From: an uncultured Patescibacteria group bacterium
GTDB lineage: Bacteria > Patescibacteriota > Microgenomatia > UBA1400 > PJMF01
Assembly: GCA_905478415.1 (NCBI GenBank)
Contig: CAJQIG010000001.1
Span: forward strand, 245,892-309,891
Direction of reading: 5' to 3'
Length of the DNA stretch: 64,000 nucleotides
The translations under genes and the position numbers were made by a program. Shown here piece by piece: positions 9,528 through 19,878 of the stretch. How positions within the stretch are numbered: the first letter of the stretch is position 1; the number at the start of each line of letters is the position of its first letter. The notes below the pieces were generated by a model. The model was not told the DNA's origin. It did no database searches and saw only the letters and a list, made by a program, of their open reading frames with translations.

Positions 9528-11047
9528 CCTAAAGCGACACCCTGTGTATTAAAGTTGAATATTGACTTATACATAGGGTTTATTTCAGGGTTCAATGTAC
9601 CGTTAAAGTCATACGTGATTCCATTTGGGAAGATTGAACCAATTAGGGCCTTTATCTGAGGCACTGTAGATCTTTTATAGGTAGCTCCTAAATCACCCAA
9701 TGTCTCTTTTATAAAATCTGAGAGCTTGTGAATGTCATATTTTTCAAGTGTTGAGTTTGATTTAGCAACGTGTGCCTTTTGAAGGTTCTTTTCAATCAAG
9801 GCGTTTTGCTCCATAAATATTTCATCCGTATAAACTCCCATCATATTTTTTTGTACGAGAACTTTTCTCATATCCTTAAGCCTTTCTATTTCACTATCTG
9901 CTACATTTTTAGCCTTCTTAAAATTTTTTAGTCGTTTCTCATATTCTTCAACTACATATTGTGAAAACAACTCTATACATTCTTTACTTGGAGATATTGT
10001 TTGTAATAATCTAACTACTTCTTCATCGAGTTTTTCTGCTCTAATTGATGCTGTATGGCACTTAGAGGAACATCGGTAGTATGGATAATCCTTACTTCTA
10101 CCTTTACTCCAACCAGCAGTTATTCCTTTTCCACATTCTGCACATTTAATAATTCTCCTTAAAGGAAAAACTTTATTATTTCGAACTCTTTTAATATTAA
10201 CTACAGGTTTGTTTACACATCTACCATCTAAAGCGTTCTGAACTTTGTAAAACTGCTCTAATGAAATCATTGGTCTGTGTTGCCCTTGAACTTCTTCTTT
10301 GTAAGTAGCTGAAGTTAAAACCCCTGCATAAAATTTATTTCTAAGCATTCTCTGAACTGTTGGAACTTTTAACTTTATTTCCTTGCCTTTATATATTGTA
10401 TGTAAACCCATCTCATTCATTATTTTTGTAATTTCAATAAGACTTGTATTTCCAATTGCCATCAAGTCCCACGCATGAATCATCTTGTCCCAACTTTCAG
10501 GATCTTCTATAGGAAATTTATTAGCATCCATTTTGTAACCAAGTGGAGGCTTTCTTGTAATTAAGCCTGATTTAAACCGAGCATACATACCATTTCTAGT
10601 TCTCTCACTACGTACGTCATTATCATGCTGGGCAAAACTTGCCATGATAGTTTCAAGCAAAGTATCAGTGGGAGACGTTCCAGTAGGCTCTGAGGCTGAA
10701 AGAAGCTTAATATCATAACTAATTAGGCTCTTACGTATTGATAGATAATCAGAAGTTTGGCGAGATAATCGATCAAGCCGATAAATGATTACTGACCCGA
10801 GTGTCCTTTTGTTTTTTTTACAATATTGAAGTAATTCAACTAAGACAGGTCTACCTGTAATTGTTTTAGCTGATTTACCTTCTTCTCTAAAGACTTTTAC
10901 AACACGATAGCCTTTTCTTATTGCCTCTTTTCGACATAAGTCTTCTTGAGTATCAAGTGAAAAATTATCTACCTGTTCTTCAGTGGAAACACGAAGATAA
11001 ATAATTGCATCTGTTTTAGTATTGTTGTCTTGATTTTTTCTAGTCAT
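9482..11047 (-). CDS. Large serine recombinase (integrase of the TnpX/TndX/phiC31 class)
   Basis: N-terminal resolvase catalytic domain (IYLRVSTEEQ, catalytic Ser, DRLSRQ), a recombinase domain, and a zinc ribbon CAECG...YRCSSKCH with a coiled-coil tail. The last roughly 15 codons overlap the tRNA-Glu 3' half (GDPTQNRTAVT is the reverse complement of the T-arm/acceptor). Confidence 0.9.
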   Translation of the reverse strand: MTRKNQDNNTKTDAIIYLRVSTEEQVDNFSLDTQEDLCRKEAIRKGYRVVKVFREEGKSAKTITGRPVLVELLQYCKKNKRTLGSVIIYRLDRLSRQTSDYLSIRKSLISYDIKLLSASEPTGTSPTDTLLETIMASFAQHDNDVRSERTRNGMYARFKSGLITRKPPLGYKMDANKFPIEDPESWDKMIHAWDLMAIGNTSLIEITKIMNEMGLHTIYKGKEIKLKVPTVQRMLRNKFYAGVLTSATYKEEVQGQHRPMISLEQFYKVQNALDGRCVNKPVVNIKRVRNNKVFPLRRIIKCAECGKGITAGWSKGRSKDYPYYRCSSKCHTASIRAEKLDEEVVRLLQTISPSKECIELFSQYVVEEYEKRLKNFKKAKNVADSEIERLKDMRKVLVQKNMMGVYTDEIFMEQNALIEKNLQKAHVAKSNSTLEKYDIHKLSDFIKETLGDLGATYKRSTVPQIKALIGSIFPNGITYDFNGTLNPEINPMYKSIFNFNTQGVALGDPTQNRTAVTRMRT

Positions 11048-11237
11048 AACTGCGTTGATTCAATAATTCATCAATCGTCTTACCTTCAAACATTTCTTTT
11101 TCAAAATCATCTAACCAGCTAGTTGCCAAAAACTTAATTTCAACAACAACATCTTGTAATACTTCTTGAGTAATTGGTGATTTATCACCTATCTGAGTAT
11201 GGGAGTTTTTCTGTAATTCTTCTCTATAATCTTGCAT
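11040..11237 (-). CDS. Small acidic protein (65 aa) translationally coupled to the serine recombinase; candidate recombination directionality factor or regulator
   Basis: ATG at 11237 with an AAGG 7 nt upstream. Its stop overlaps the recombinase ATG by 8 nt. No recognisable domain. The longer ORF call reaching 11300 has no SD and overlaps the promoter repeats. Confidence 0.4.
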   Translation of the reverse strand: MQDYREELQKNSHTQIGDKSPITQEVLQDVVVEIKFLATSWLDDFEKEMFEGKTIDELLNQRSYD

Positions 11238-11262
11238 TTTCAACCTTATTTCAACTATCCAT

Positions 11263-11294
11263 ATACGGTTAGTATATATACTAATACGGATAGT
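11263..11294. promoter_or_regulatory. Two direct repeats ATACGG(T/A)TAGT spaced 21 bp apart in the divergent int / T4CP intergenic region; candidate operator
   Basis: The 11-mer at 11263-11273 is repeated at 11284-11294 with a single mismatch, bracketing a TATATATAC -10-like element. Confidence 0.35.
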
Positions 11295-11310
11295 TGTCAA
11301 GGGTAATTTA

Positions 11311-11339
11311 TTGCTAAATACCAGAGGTTAGGGTATACT
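11311..11339 (+). promoter_or_regulatory. Sigma70-like promoter for the T4CP gene (TTGCTA - 17 nt - TATACT)
   Basis: -35 at 11311-11316 and -10 at 11334-11339 with a 17-nt spacer, about 35 nt upstream of the ATG at 11374. Confidence 0.45.
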
Positions 11340-11373
11340 CCAACTCAATTAGTCTGCCCAAAGAAAAAAGGGT

Positions 11374-13965
11374 ATGTCTATTGATTTAACCTCAATACAA
11401 TTAAAACTTCCTACCAAATACATTCCATCAGTTAATTGGTCTCTCATCTTATCGTTTTTAGTTCCCACCTTTTTAATATTATTTTTTATAGTAATTATTT
11501 TCCTTTCTATCAGGTCATACTTAATCTACCAAGTAATAAAATCTCCTCACACACTCCTAGAAATAAAACCTCCTAAAGAAACAGAGCAAAGTCCATACTC
11601 AACTCAACAACTTTTTAATTTATTCCATAGCATTGCTAATCAAAAATCTTTTATTGAGAGGTTATTTAAAATTAAACAGCCACTCTCATTTGAAATAGTA
11701 TCTACAAAAGAAGATGGAATTCGTTATGTAATCCGAGTCAAAAGTGATCTGGCTAGTTTAGTTAAAAACAGCTTAATATCTTATCTCTCAGGAATTGAAG
11801 TTAAAACTACCAGTGAGTATCTTGAATCAGATAATCTCAAGACAACCATTAGTGAACTAAGACTTTCAAATAATTTTGTTCTACCACTCAAAACTCATGA
11901 AACATTAGAAAAGAATGATCCTATTGCTTACCTCACTGGAAACATGACTAAATTAAAACCTAGTGATTTAATGGTTTATCAAGTTATAGTAGCTCCCGTT
12001 AGTAAAAAATCTATTCCAGAGGTTTCTAGAATTTCCAAACTTATTGCTTCTAAAAAAGATTTGAAATCAAACATAAATAAGCAATTTTCACTCTTTGGTT
12101 ACCTACATATTTTTATTGGTTTAGTTTTACAAATAGTACTTCTACCAATTGGCATACTAGTTTTTATTGCCACTGATGGCAAAGAAGGACCACTACTTTC
12201 ATTGCCACTAATAACTGAAAAAATAGGAAACTCTAATCCATATCAAAGTGAAATGGAAAGTCTAATAAAACAAAAACTAGATCAACAATTATTCTCAGTT
12301 TCAATCAGAGTGTTAACTCACTCTAAATCAAAGAAACGACATAAGGGTTTTCTTTCTTCACTAACTTCAATGACAAATACTCAGTATCAATCACTAAAGC
12401 TAATATTCAAGCCAAACATAAAAATAATCAAACAACTTAAGTTCTACTTATTCAGAAATAGATTTATACTCCCACTAAACAAAACCATTCTTTCCTCCTC
12501 AGAGCTTGGAGATCTATATCATTTTCCATTTACCAGAACTACCAAAACAGAAGACATGCAGAAACAATTTAGTAAAGAGCTTCCTGCACCTCTATCACTA
12601 AAGAAAGCTCATAAGTTAGATATTACTTTTGCTAAAAACACTTACGGAGGTGCTATTACAGCAATAGGACTAACTGAAGATGAACGAAGACGGCACATGT
12701 ACATCTTGGGAGCCACAGGAACAGGTAAATCTACCATGCTTCTATCTATGATTAACTCTGACCTTAAAAATAATAAAGGCTTAGCAGTACTTGATCCTCA
12801 TGGAGATTTAATTGAAGAAATTTTAAATATTATTCCAGAAAATAGAATCAAAGATGTTGTTTATTTTAACCCCGATGATATTGCTTATCCTATTGGAATC
12901 AACTTACTGGAATTATCTAAAGGCTTAAGTGATGATGAGGCTCTAAGAGAAAAAGAATTTGTAACTGAAAGTATTATTTCTCTATTTCATAAAGTATATG
13001 GTGAAAAATATTCTGGACCAAGATTAGAGTATATTTTAAGAAATGCTATTCATACAGCTTTTACAGTACCAGGTGCTACCTTATTTACTGTTAACAAACT
13101 TCTTATAAATACCAAGTTTAGAAAGTCAGTTGTTAAAAACTTAGATGATGAAAACTTAAAAGAATTCTGGAAACAAGAGTTTGCAAAAGCAGGTGACTAT
13201 CAAAAAGTTAAAATGATTCTGCCTATCACTAACAAAATTGGTAGGTTCTTATTTTCTCCAACTGCTAAAAGAATTTTAGAACAAGAAAAATCTACTATCG
13301 ACTTTGATGAAATAATGAACGAGGGTAAGATCTTACTTTGCAATTTATCTAAAGGAAAGATTGGAGAAGATAATTCTAAAGTACTTGGTATTGTTATTAT
13401 GGCAAAACTACAGTTAGCTTCTTTAAAACGAGCTAGAATACCTGCAGATAAAAGAAAAGATTTTTATCTCTATGTTGATGAATTTCAAAACTTTGCTACA
13501 GAATCATTTGCTCAAATACTCTCAGAAGCTAGAAAGTATAAGCTTGGTGCTATTCTGGCTCATCAAACAACTTCACAACTAGAAGATAAATCATTAGTTA
13601 ATGTGACATTGGCAAATACTGGTACAGTAATTTGTTTTAGAACTGCTAACCCTGAAGATGAAAAATTAATACTGCCCCAGTTTAGACCATATGTAGAACA
13701 AGGAGAGATTGCTAGTTTACCTTCGTACAGGTTCTACATGAGACTAGGTGCTCTTAATCCTGAAGCTCCTTTCTCTGGGATTACTATGCCTGTGGAAATT
13801 AAACAAAATAAAGAACTTGTTCAAAAGGTTGTTGAGTCTTCTAGAAAGAAATATGCTATTAAGTATGTTGAGCCAACTAAAAATCAAAAGAGTTATAGAT
13901 ATACACCAAATATTAAAAAAAATACTAAACTAAAAGAAAATACTGGATATTCTATATTACCCTAA
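11374..13965 (+). CDS. Type IV secretion coupling protein (VirD4/TraG/TraD-like P-loop ATPase) with an N-terminal membrane anchor
   Basis: N-terminal TM helices (LILSFLVPTFLILFFIVIIFLSI), Walker A YILGATGTGKST, and Walker B DFYLYVDEFQNF. Size is 863 aa. Confidence 0.8.
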   Translation: MSIDLTSIQLKLPTKYIPSVNWSLILSFLVPTFLILFFIVIIFLSIRSYLIYQVIKSPHTLLEIKPPKETEQSPYSTQQLFNLFHSIANQKSFIERLFKIKQPLSFEIVSTKEDGIRYVIRVKSDLASLVKNSLISYLSGIEVKTTSEYLESDNLKTTISELRLSNNFVLPLKTHETLEKNDPIAYLTGNMTKLKPSDLMVYQVIVAPVSKKSIPEVSRISKLIASKKDLKSNINKQFSLFGYLHIFIGLVLQIVLLPIGILVFIATDGKEGPLLSLPLITEKIGNSNPYQSEMESLIKQKLDQQLFSVSIRVLTHSKSKKRHKGFLSSLTSMTNTQYQSLKLIFKPNIKIIKQLKFYLFRNRFILPLNKTILSSSELGDLYHFPFTRTTKTEDMQKQFSKELPAPLSLKKAHKLDITFAKNTYGGAITAIGLTEDERRRHMYILGATGTGKSTMLLSMINSDLKNNKGLAVLDPHGDLIEEILNIIPENRIKDVVYFNPDDIAYPIGINLLELSKGLSDDEALREKEFVTESIISLFHKVYGEKYSGPRLEYILRNAIHTAFTVPGATLFTVNKLLINTKFRKSVVKNLDDENLKEFWKQEFAKAGDYQKVKMILPITNKIGRFLFSPTAKRILEQEKSTIDFDEIMNEGKILLCNLSKGKIGEDNSKVLGIVIMAKLQLASLKRARIPADKRKDFYLYVDEFQNFATESFAQILSEARKYKLGAILAHQTTSQLEDKSLVNVTLANTGTVICFRTANPEDEKLILPQFRPYVEQGEIASLPSYRFYMRLGALNPEAPFSGITMPVEIKQNKELVQKVVESSRKKYAIKYVEPTKNQKSYRYTPNIKKNTKLKENTGYSILP

Positions 13966-13979
13966 AAAATGTTTAGCTC

Positions 13980-14801
13980 TTAGTCATCACTCAAAGGATT
14001 TTTATATTCAATTCTCAACGTTAACTCATTCATAGCGTAGTGAACAAATTGTTGACCCAATCCAGTGAGTTCATACTGATCTTCATTATCAAATGCTGAT
14101 TTCATTGGTTTTGGTCCAGATCCTCTTGGTCTTCTAGCTGCCTTAGGTTTTGATACAAAATTCCCATAATAATCTGTTTCTCTGTGTTGTCTTACAATGC
14201 CGCCAGTACTTAAATCTCTAAATAACAATTTATACAAATCAGCATCTGCAGAATCTTCCCTTACCTCACCTTTTCCAATTTTTTCCCATATTTGACCTCT
14301 GGTAATTCCATTTGTGTTATAAATAGCACCAATTACCTTAAAATGTAACTCTGAGTAGTCATTGATCCAATCAATAAATAATCTAATAACATCATCACTA
14401 CTTAAATCAGTAGCTACAGCATTTGTTAAAATATTTCTTATTAATTTCCTTTTTTCTTCACTTTCAGCTCCAGACCATTCTCTGAATGTTTTTTTTACTA
14501 GAGATTGATATTCTTTACTCTTAACTCTTTCACTGATTTTTTCGTCTTGCAAATTAAGACGTGCCAATATTTCAATCATCGTTGCTTCTTTTTCCCTAAT
14601 CTCATCTCGAAGCATTTTTATCCAATACTCAAAAAACCTATTGGCTTCATCTTGCTCTTTATCTGACCAAGCACTAGCCATTGCTGAAAATATTCCCCCA
14701 ACGACAGGAACAGCTCCTCCTGTAATTTCTAAAGCTCCACGCGCTACTTTGCCCACCTTATCATTTTTAGGAAGTTCTGTTATTACTTGTTTGTCTGACA
14801 T
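13980..14801 (-). CDS. Hypothetical protein (273 aa), ICE-borne, no recognisable motif
   Basis: Long ORF with coding-like composition, convergent with the T4CP gene. Confidence 0.5.
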   Translation of the reverse strand: MSDKQVITELPKNDKVGKVARGALEITGGAVPVVGGIFSAMASAWSDKEQDEANRFFEYWIKMLRDEIREKEATMIEILARLNLQDEKISERVKSKEYQSLVKKTFREWSGAESEEKRKLIRNILTNAVATDLSSDDVIRLFIDWINDYSELHFKVIGAIYNTNGITRGQIWEKIGKGEVREDSADADLYKLLFRDLSTGGIVRQHRETDYYGNFVSKPKAARRPRGSGPKPMKSAFDNEDQYELTGLGQQFVHYAMNELTLRIEYKNPLSDD

Positions 14802-14902
14802 ATTTTGTAATTATACAATAGTTTTTTGCCCCAACCAGCTAGGACAATCTAAACTCTAAAAACACCCATACACCAATAAACACAAAAATATTCTTTACCT
14901 CT

Positions 14903-14930
14903 ATTCCCTTATATAATAAGGGGAGGGAAT
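14903..14930. promoter_or_regulatory. Nested palindrome ATTCCCTTATATAATAAGGGGAGGGAAT centred on a TATAAT box; operator/promoter candidate between divergent genes
   Basis: Outer arms ATTCCC/GGGAAT and inner arms CCCTTA/TAAGGG flank TATAA. It lies about 50 nt upstream of the Replic_Relax gene. Confidence 0.4.
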
Positions 14931-14980
14931 GATACAATAACCTCACAAAAGAAAAACAACCTGCCCATAGACTAATAACT

Positions 14981-15751
14981 ATGGATACTACAATCACTCC
15001 AAAACAACTTGAAATCCTCATACTCATATATCGTTTCCGTTTCCTAAACAGAACTCAAGTACAAACACTCCTTAATCATAAAGACCCCAAACGAATAAAT
15101 ACCTGGCTCAAAGATCTAACTGATAAAAATATCCTCGGTAGAATCTATTCAACAAAGATAAAAGAAAACACCAAGCCAGCGATATATTACCTTGCTACTA
15201 AATCTAGAAAAATATTACTAGAACAACCAAATACTCACGAAAAGACTTTAAACAGAGCCTACAGAGATAAAAATGCCTCTCAGAAACTAATAGAGCACTC
15301 TGTTTTTACAGCTTCAATCTATTTACTACTTAAACAACAAGCCAAAGAAACAGAAACTAAGCTTAACTTTTTTACAAAGACTGATCTAAAAACTCACTAC
15401 TATCTGCCATACAAAAGACCTGATGCTTATATTGCCCTTGAAAAAGATAATCAAATAAAAAGATATTTTCTTGAAATTATTGATGAGGGTACTCCTCGGT
15501 TTATGATTAGGAAAAAAATATCACAGTATATTGAGTACTTTGATGAAGAAATATGGACAAACAGAACTTTACACGATAACCCTTCCTTACTATTCATTTG
15601 CCCAAACCATAACACTAAAGTCTTTCTCTATAAACACATTGCACAAGTCTTGGAGGAAGAGACTTCAGATTTACAATTTTTTTTAAGTCTAAAGTCAGAC
15701 ATTCAAGCCGAGGGTATTACTGCTAATACTTGGAAACTTGTTATGGAATAA
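14981..15751 (+). CDS. Replication-relaxation (Replic_Relax) family protein; putative relaxase-like DNA-processing protein of the element
   Basis: Pattern LEILILIYRFRFLNRTQVQTLL...KRINTWLKDLTDKNIL...AIYYLATKSRKIL...HSVFTASIYL...PDAYIALE...YFLEI matches PF13814-type proteins found with monoderm T4SS. Confidence 0.55.
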   Translation: MDTTITPKQLEILILIYRFRFLNRTQVQTLLNHKDPKRINTWLKDLTDKNILGRIYSTKIKENTKPAIYYLATKSRKILLEQPNTHEKTLNRAYRDKNASQKLIEHSVFTASIYLLLKQQAKETETKLNFFTKTDLKTHYYLPYKRPDAYIALEKDNQIKRYFLEIIDEGTPRFMIRKKISQYIEYFDEEIWTNRTLHDNPSLLFICPNHNTKVFLYKHIAQVLEEETSDLQFFLSLKSDIQAEGITANTWKLVME

Positions 15752-15758
15752 CATCTCT

Positions 15759-16685
15759 TTACCAAAATTTCCCTAAAACTCTTTGATAAACTCTGTATGG
15801 TTTTGGACCTACTAAAGCTTTACCATTGATAAAGATTGTAGGTGTACCGTAGATTTCTGTAGCACGCACTTGTTCAAATTGGTCATCAACTATTTTTTGA
15901 GTTTCTTCACTAGCTACACATACTTGTAGTTTGTCAATATCAAGTCCCACTTCTACTGCAACTTTATCTACATATTCATTGTTAGCAACATCCTCCTTAC
16001 TTGAAACAAACAATTTGTCGTTGAACAGCCAAAGTTTTTCTGGATCCTGCAGGTTGGCGCAGTAAACGTAGTTGGATATATATGAGGTTTCCTCTTTAAC
16101 AGGGAAATGAATAAAAGTATAGTTAAATTCGTAGTTATCTTGCAATTTTTGTATCAACGGGTAGGCTTTGCGAGTATAGTCACAGTTATAACAACCAATA
16201 AATATTAAGCTATCTTCTGAGTTGACATCCTTGGTGGGGTATTCACTCAAGCTGAGAGCTGTTAAATCTAAGTTACTTTCTGAGGGAGGATTTAAACTAC
16301 AACTATCATCAACTTGAGAAATCTTGTTGTTTTCTCCACTAGGATCAAAGGCGCAAAAACCAGATTCATTCAATCCATTGCAACTGCCATACATATAAAA
16401 ATTATATCCTCCCCTTAACACCCAAAGGCTGCTACTCAAGAGTAGTATAAAGAAAACCCACGATACTATTTCAAAGTGTTTGTTGAGTAGCTTTGCCACA
16501 AACTCAGATCTATTTAATAGTTTGCCAATGATCTTTCCCTTTATCTTTGTATCAAAGCCTGTGTTACAAGGACGCAGTGTCACCCTTCTAAAAACACAGT
16601 CAAAAGCCTCTTTGGCCAGCTGTCTGTGACTAGCACTAAAGATGCCTAAAATAGAAAATACGATTAAAGCAAGTAGACAAAACAT
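15759..16685 (-). CDS. Membrane-anchored thioredoxin-fold protein, DsbA-like (CxxC = CYNC)
   Basis: N-terminal TM segments followed by a thioredoxin-like domain with IGCYNCDYTRKAYP and a cis-Pro region GTPTIFINGK. Confidence 0.55.
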   Translation of the reverse strand: MFCLLALIVFSILGIFSASHRQLAKEAFDCVFRRVTLRPCNTGFDTKIKGKIIGKLLNRSEFVAKLLNKHFEIVSWVFFILLLSSSLWVLRGGYNFYMYGSCNGLNESGFCAFDPSGENNKISQVDDSCSLNPPSESNLDLTALSLSEYPTKDVNSEDSLIFIGCYNCDYTRKAYPLIQKLQDNYEFNYTFIHFPVKEETSYISNYVYCANLQDPEKLWLFNDKLFVSSKEDVANNEYVDKVAVEVGLDIDKLQVCVASEETQKIVDDQFEQVRATEIYGTPTIFINGKALVGPKPYRVYQRVLGKFW

Positions 16686-16692
16686 AATTGAT

Positions 16693-17907
16693 TCAAGTTA
16701 AAAGCTTAACAGTCCTTTGTAAATTAGTAATAAACATTTCTACTTCCTCAAGAGTATTATAAAAATAAAATGATACTCTAGCTGAAGCTTGGATGTTGTG
16801 AGCATGAAACCAGGAATGAACACAGTGTTGACCAGAACGGATCATAATATTGGACGACTCATCTAAGATGAGAGCGATTTGGTGTGGGTCCACACCTTTA
16901 ACATAAAAAGACACTATCCCACCTCGTAAAGCAGGATCGCTGGGACCAATAATTGTGGTATTAGGCAGTTTTTCAATTTCCTTGGTGACAAACCTATTTA
17001 GTTTTTTCTCTTGCTTGGCTATATTCTCCAACCCGATTTTATCTAAATATTTAACGGCCGCTCCTAATCCAATAATCCCAGCGTAATTTTGTAGCCCCGC
17101 CTCAAACTTTTCTGGCAAAGGTAAAAATTTATGATCTTTGTAAGTGGAGTATTCCACTGTATCGCCACCTACCATAAATGGTTCCAACTCTTCTAAAAGT
17201 TTATATTTGCCATAAAGCACACCCGTACCTGATGGACCCAACATTTTGTGTCCAGAAAAAGCTAAAAAGTCTACATCTAGCTTTCTGACATTTATTTGTT
17301 GATGAGGTATTGCTTGAGCAGCATCTAACAAAACTTTACCACCATGTCTATGGGTAATCTTGATGATCTCTAAAGCGGGAATGGTTACTCCGTCTAAGTT
17401 TGAAGTCAAGACCATGGAAACGAGCTTTACTTTCTCATCTACCATCTCTGTAAAAGCCTCTAAGTCAAAGGTATTATCTTTTTTTGAAGGAACGATCTTG
17501 TGGATAATACCAATTTTTTGAGCTAGTCTCTGCCAAGGAACTAGGTTAGAGTTATGTTCTTTGTCGGTGGTAATAACTACATCGCCTGCTTTTAACCCCA
17601 AAGAGTGAGCAACTAAATTTATCCCCTCGGTGGTGTTTCTGGTAAAGATAATCTCCTCCCTCCTTTTAGCGCCAATAAAATCAGCAACTAGTTTTCTGGC
17701 TTCATCACATTTTTTAGTCACCAGCTCTCCCAGTTTATGCACACTCCGTCCAGCACAGGCCGGATACTCCCGGTAATACTGATTGACAGCCTCAATGACC
17801 GATAAAGGTCGTAGTGTCTGGCAGGCATTGTCAAAATAGACGACAGGCTTACCTTTTATGCCCTTTTGTAATAAAGGAAAATCTTGTTTAAATTTTTGAA
17901 TATCCAT
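16693..17907 (-). CDS. sufS: Cysteine desulfurase (class V aminotransferase, SufS/NifS family)
   Basis: PLP-lysine motif FSGHKMLGPSGTGVLYGK and the active-site Cys loop RSGQHCVHSWF. Confidence 0.8.
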   Translation of the reverse strand: MDIQKFKQDFPLLQKGIKGKPVVYFDNACQTLRPLSVIEAVNQYYREYPACAGRSVHKLGELVTKKCDEARKLVADFIGAKRREEIIFTRNTTEGINLVAHSLGLKAGDVVITTDKEHNSNLVPWQRLAQKIGIIHKIVPSKKDNTFDLEAFTEMVDEKVKLVSMVLTSNLDGVTIPALEIIKITHRHGGKVLLDAAQAIPHQQINVRKLDVDFLAFSGHKMLGPSGTGVLYGKYKLLEELEPFMVGGDTVEYSTYKDHKFLPLPEKFEAGLQNYAGIIGLGAAVKYLDKIGLENIAKQEKKLNRFVTKEIEKLPNTTIIGPSDPALRGGIVSFYVKGVDPHQIALILDESSNIMIRSGQHCVHSWFHAHNIQASARVSFYFYNTLEEVEMFITNLQRTVKLLT

Positions 17908-17913
17908 AATATT

Positions 17914-19878
17914 TTATCCTTTTTCAAAGTGAAACAGCCTTAAGCTATTCAAAACAACTAAAATAGCCACTCCTGAATCAGCGCCAATAGCATACTCTAG
18001 ATGAGTAAAGCCAAAAATAGCTAAAAGCAGAAAAACCGCCTTTACTCCCAAAGCGGCGGTGATATTTTGCTTAATGGTGGCCATAGTTTTTTTACCCAAA
18101 TTCAAGCTGTAGGGGATATTAAGAAGGTTGTTATTCATAAGGGCAATGTCGGCCGTTTCAATGGCTACATCAGCTCCATCAACACCAATAGCAATACCAA
18201 CAGTCGCTGTTGCCAGTGAAGGAGCGTCGTTGACACCATCACCGACCATAGCCACACTGCCAAACTCTTGTTTCATCTCTTCTATTTTGGTTAGTTTTTC
18301 GTCAGGTAAAAGCGAGGCATAAACCTTGTTTAGTCTTAGAGTTTTGGCAACGAAATCAGCTGCATATTGATTGTCTCCGGTCAGCATGACTGAGCGAATG
18401 CCCAATCTCTTTAATTTTTTAATAGTTTGACTTGCCTGTGGGCGGATCTTATCCGAAATAGCCAAAGCTCCCATGACTTGTTTACCTTCACTAATCAACA
18501 CCACTGTTTTACCTTCCTTCTCCAGACTTTCTGTTTTTTGTAGAATTTCCTTGGTAGAAACACCGTGATCTTCAATAAGTTTTAGATTACCAACACAATG
18601 TTCAATATCACTACAGACTAAGCAAGTGGCCTTACCGCCTTTGCCGGCTACGTTTTGAAAATTATCCATTGCATGTGGAGTGATTCCTTTTTCTTGGACA
18701 AAGTCTAAAATAGCTTTTGCCAAAGGGTGTGAAGAAAACTTTTCAATACCAGCAGCATCAGCTAAAACTTCCTCTTCAGAATAACCATTGAAAGTAACTA
18801 CATCGGAGACATAAGGCTCTCCTAGTGTCAGGGTTCTGGTTTTGTCAAAAGCCACTGCTTTGATTTTACTCAAGGCCTCCAAGAAGCGCCCACCTTTAAT
18901 CAGGACTCCTTTTTTGGACGCGCCACCAATGGCAGAGGCGATAGAAACAGGTGTGGAAATAACTAAAGCGCAAGGACAAGCAATCACTAACAACACCAAG
19001 GCTCGATATAACCAATCGTTAAAATCAGCACCAAAAAATAAAGGAGGGATTATGGTGATCATAATAGCTACCACCACTACAGTAGGAGTATAGTATTTGG
19101 CAAAACGGTCAATAAATTCCTGCGCTGGAGCACGAGAAGCTTGGGCTTGCTCAACTAATTTGACGATTTTAGCAAAAGTGGAATCGCGGCTAACTTTAGT
19201 AACTTTGATTTCCAAATAACCATTCTGATTGAGAGTACTGGCAAAAACTATGTCCCCCTTAAGTTTGTCTTTAGGTACAGATTCACCAGTAATCGTCGCT
19301 TCATCAACAGCTGAAGAACCTTTAATCACCACTCCATCAAGAGGGACTAAGTCACCTGGGCGAACAATCACCACATCATTAACTTTCACTTTTCCAACTG
19401 ATACTTTATTACCATTTTTCAAAATAGCAATTTGAGGAGATTTTTTGACCAAGGCTTCAAGAGCACGCCTGGAGCGTTCAATGCCAAAGTCCTCAAACAT
19501 CTCAGCCAAAGAAAAGAAAAACACAACCGCCGCCGCCTCAGCTAACTGATTGATATAAATAGCACCAAAAGCAGCAACAGTGACTAAAAAATTGATATTT
19601 AAAAACTTTTGACTAAAAAGCCCCTTAAGTGCATCTTTTAGAACAAAGTAGCCACCAGTGACAATAGAAAGATAGTAAAACCAAGTAGCAATATCTTTTT
19701 GCCCAAAAACCCAAACTAAAATCAAACCAATTAAAAAGCTAACTCCAGATGCTGTAGTCAAAACACGCTTATTACCACCAAATAAAGAAAATATCTCTTG
19801 GGATCGAGAAACTTGAGATTGTTTCTTATTCAAATCATCACAGTGATTACAGTTAGTTTTATGTTTTTGTTTTGCCAT
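17914..19878 (-). CDS. cadA: P1B-type heavy-metal ATPase (Cd/Zn/Pb-type, TM6 CPC motif)
   Basis: TGES, ACPCALVISTP, DKTRTLT, MLTGDN and VAMVGDGVNDAPSL motifs. No long HMA domain, only CNHCDD at the N-terminus. Confidence 0.85.
   Translation of the reverse strand: MAKQKHKTNCNHCDDLNKKQSQVSRSQEIFSLFGGNKRVLTTASGVSFLIGLILVWVFGQKDIATWFYYLSIVTGGYFVLKDALKGLFSQKFLNINFLVTVAAFGAIYINQLAEAAAVVFFFSLAEMFEDFGIERSRRALEALVKKSPQIAILKNGNKVSVGKVKVNDVVIVRPGDLVPLDGVVIKGSSAVDEATITGESVPKDKLKGDIVFASTLNQNGYLEIKVTKVSRDSTFAKIVKLVEQAQASRAPAQEFIDRFAKYYTPTVVVVAIMITIIPPLFFGADFNDWLYRALVLLVIACPCALVISTPVSIASAIGGASKKGVLIKGGRFLEALSKIKAVAFDKTRTLTLGEPYVSDVVTFNGYSEEEVLADAAGIEKFSSHPLAKAILDFVQEKGITPHAMDNFQNVAGKGGKATCLVCSDIEHCVGNLKLIEDHGVSTKEILQKTESLEKEGKTVVLISEGKQVMGALAISDKIRPQASQTIKKLKRLGIRSVMLTGDNQYAADFVAKTLRLNKVYASLLPDEKLTKIEEMKQEFGSVAMVGDGVNDAPSLATATVGIAIGVDGADVAIETADIALMNNNLLNIPYSLNLGKKTMATIKQNITAALGVKAVFLLLAIFGFTHLEYAIGADSGVAILVVLNSLRLFHFEKG

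Noticed and set aside
13748-13933. 61-aa ORF overlapping the 3' end of the T4CP gene in another frame
   Set aside because: It is embedded in the coupling-protein CDS and highly Leu/Lys-rich, the translation expected from AT-rich DNA.
15759-16685. VKOR-thioredoxin fusion
   Set aside because: The N-terminal membrane region has only about two helices and one Cys pair (CVFRRVTLRPC), fewer than the 4-5 TM core of VKOR. It is called a DsbA-like anchor instead.
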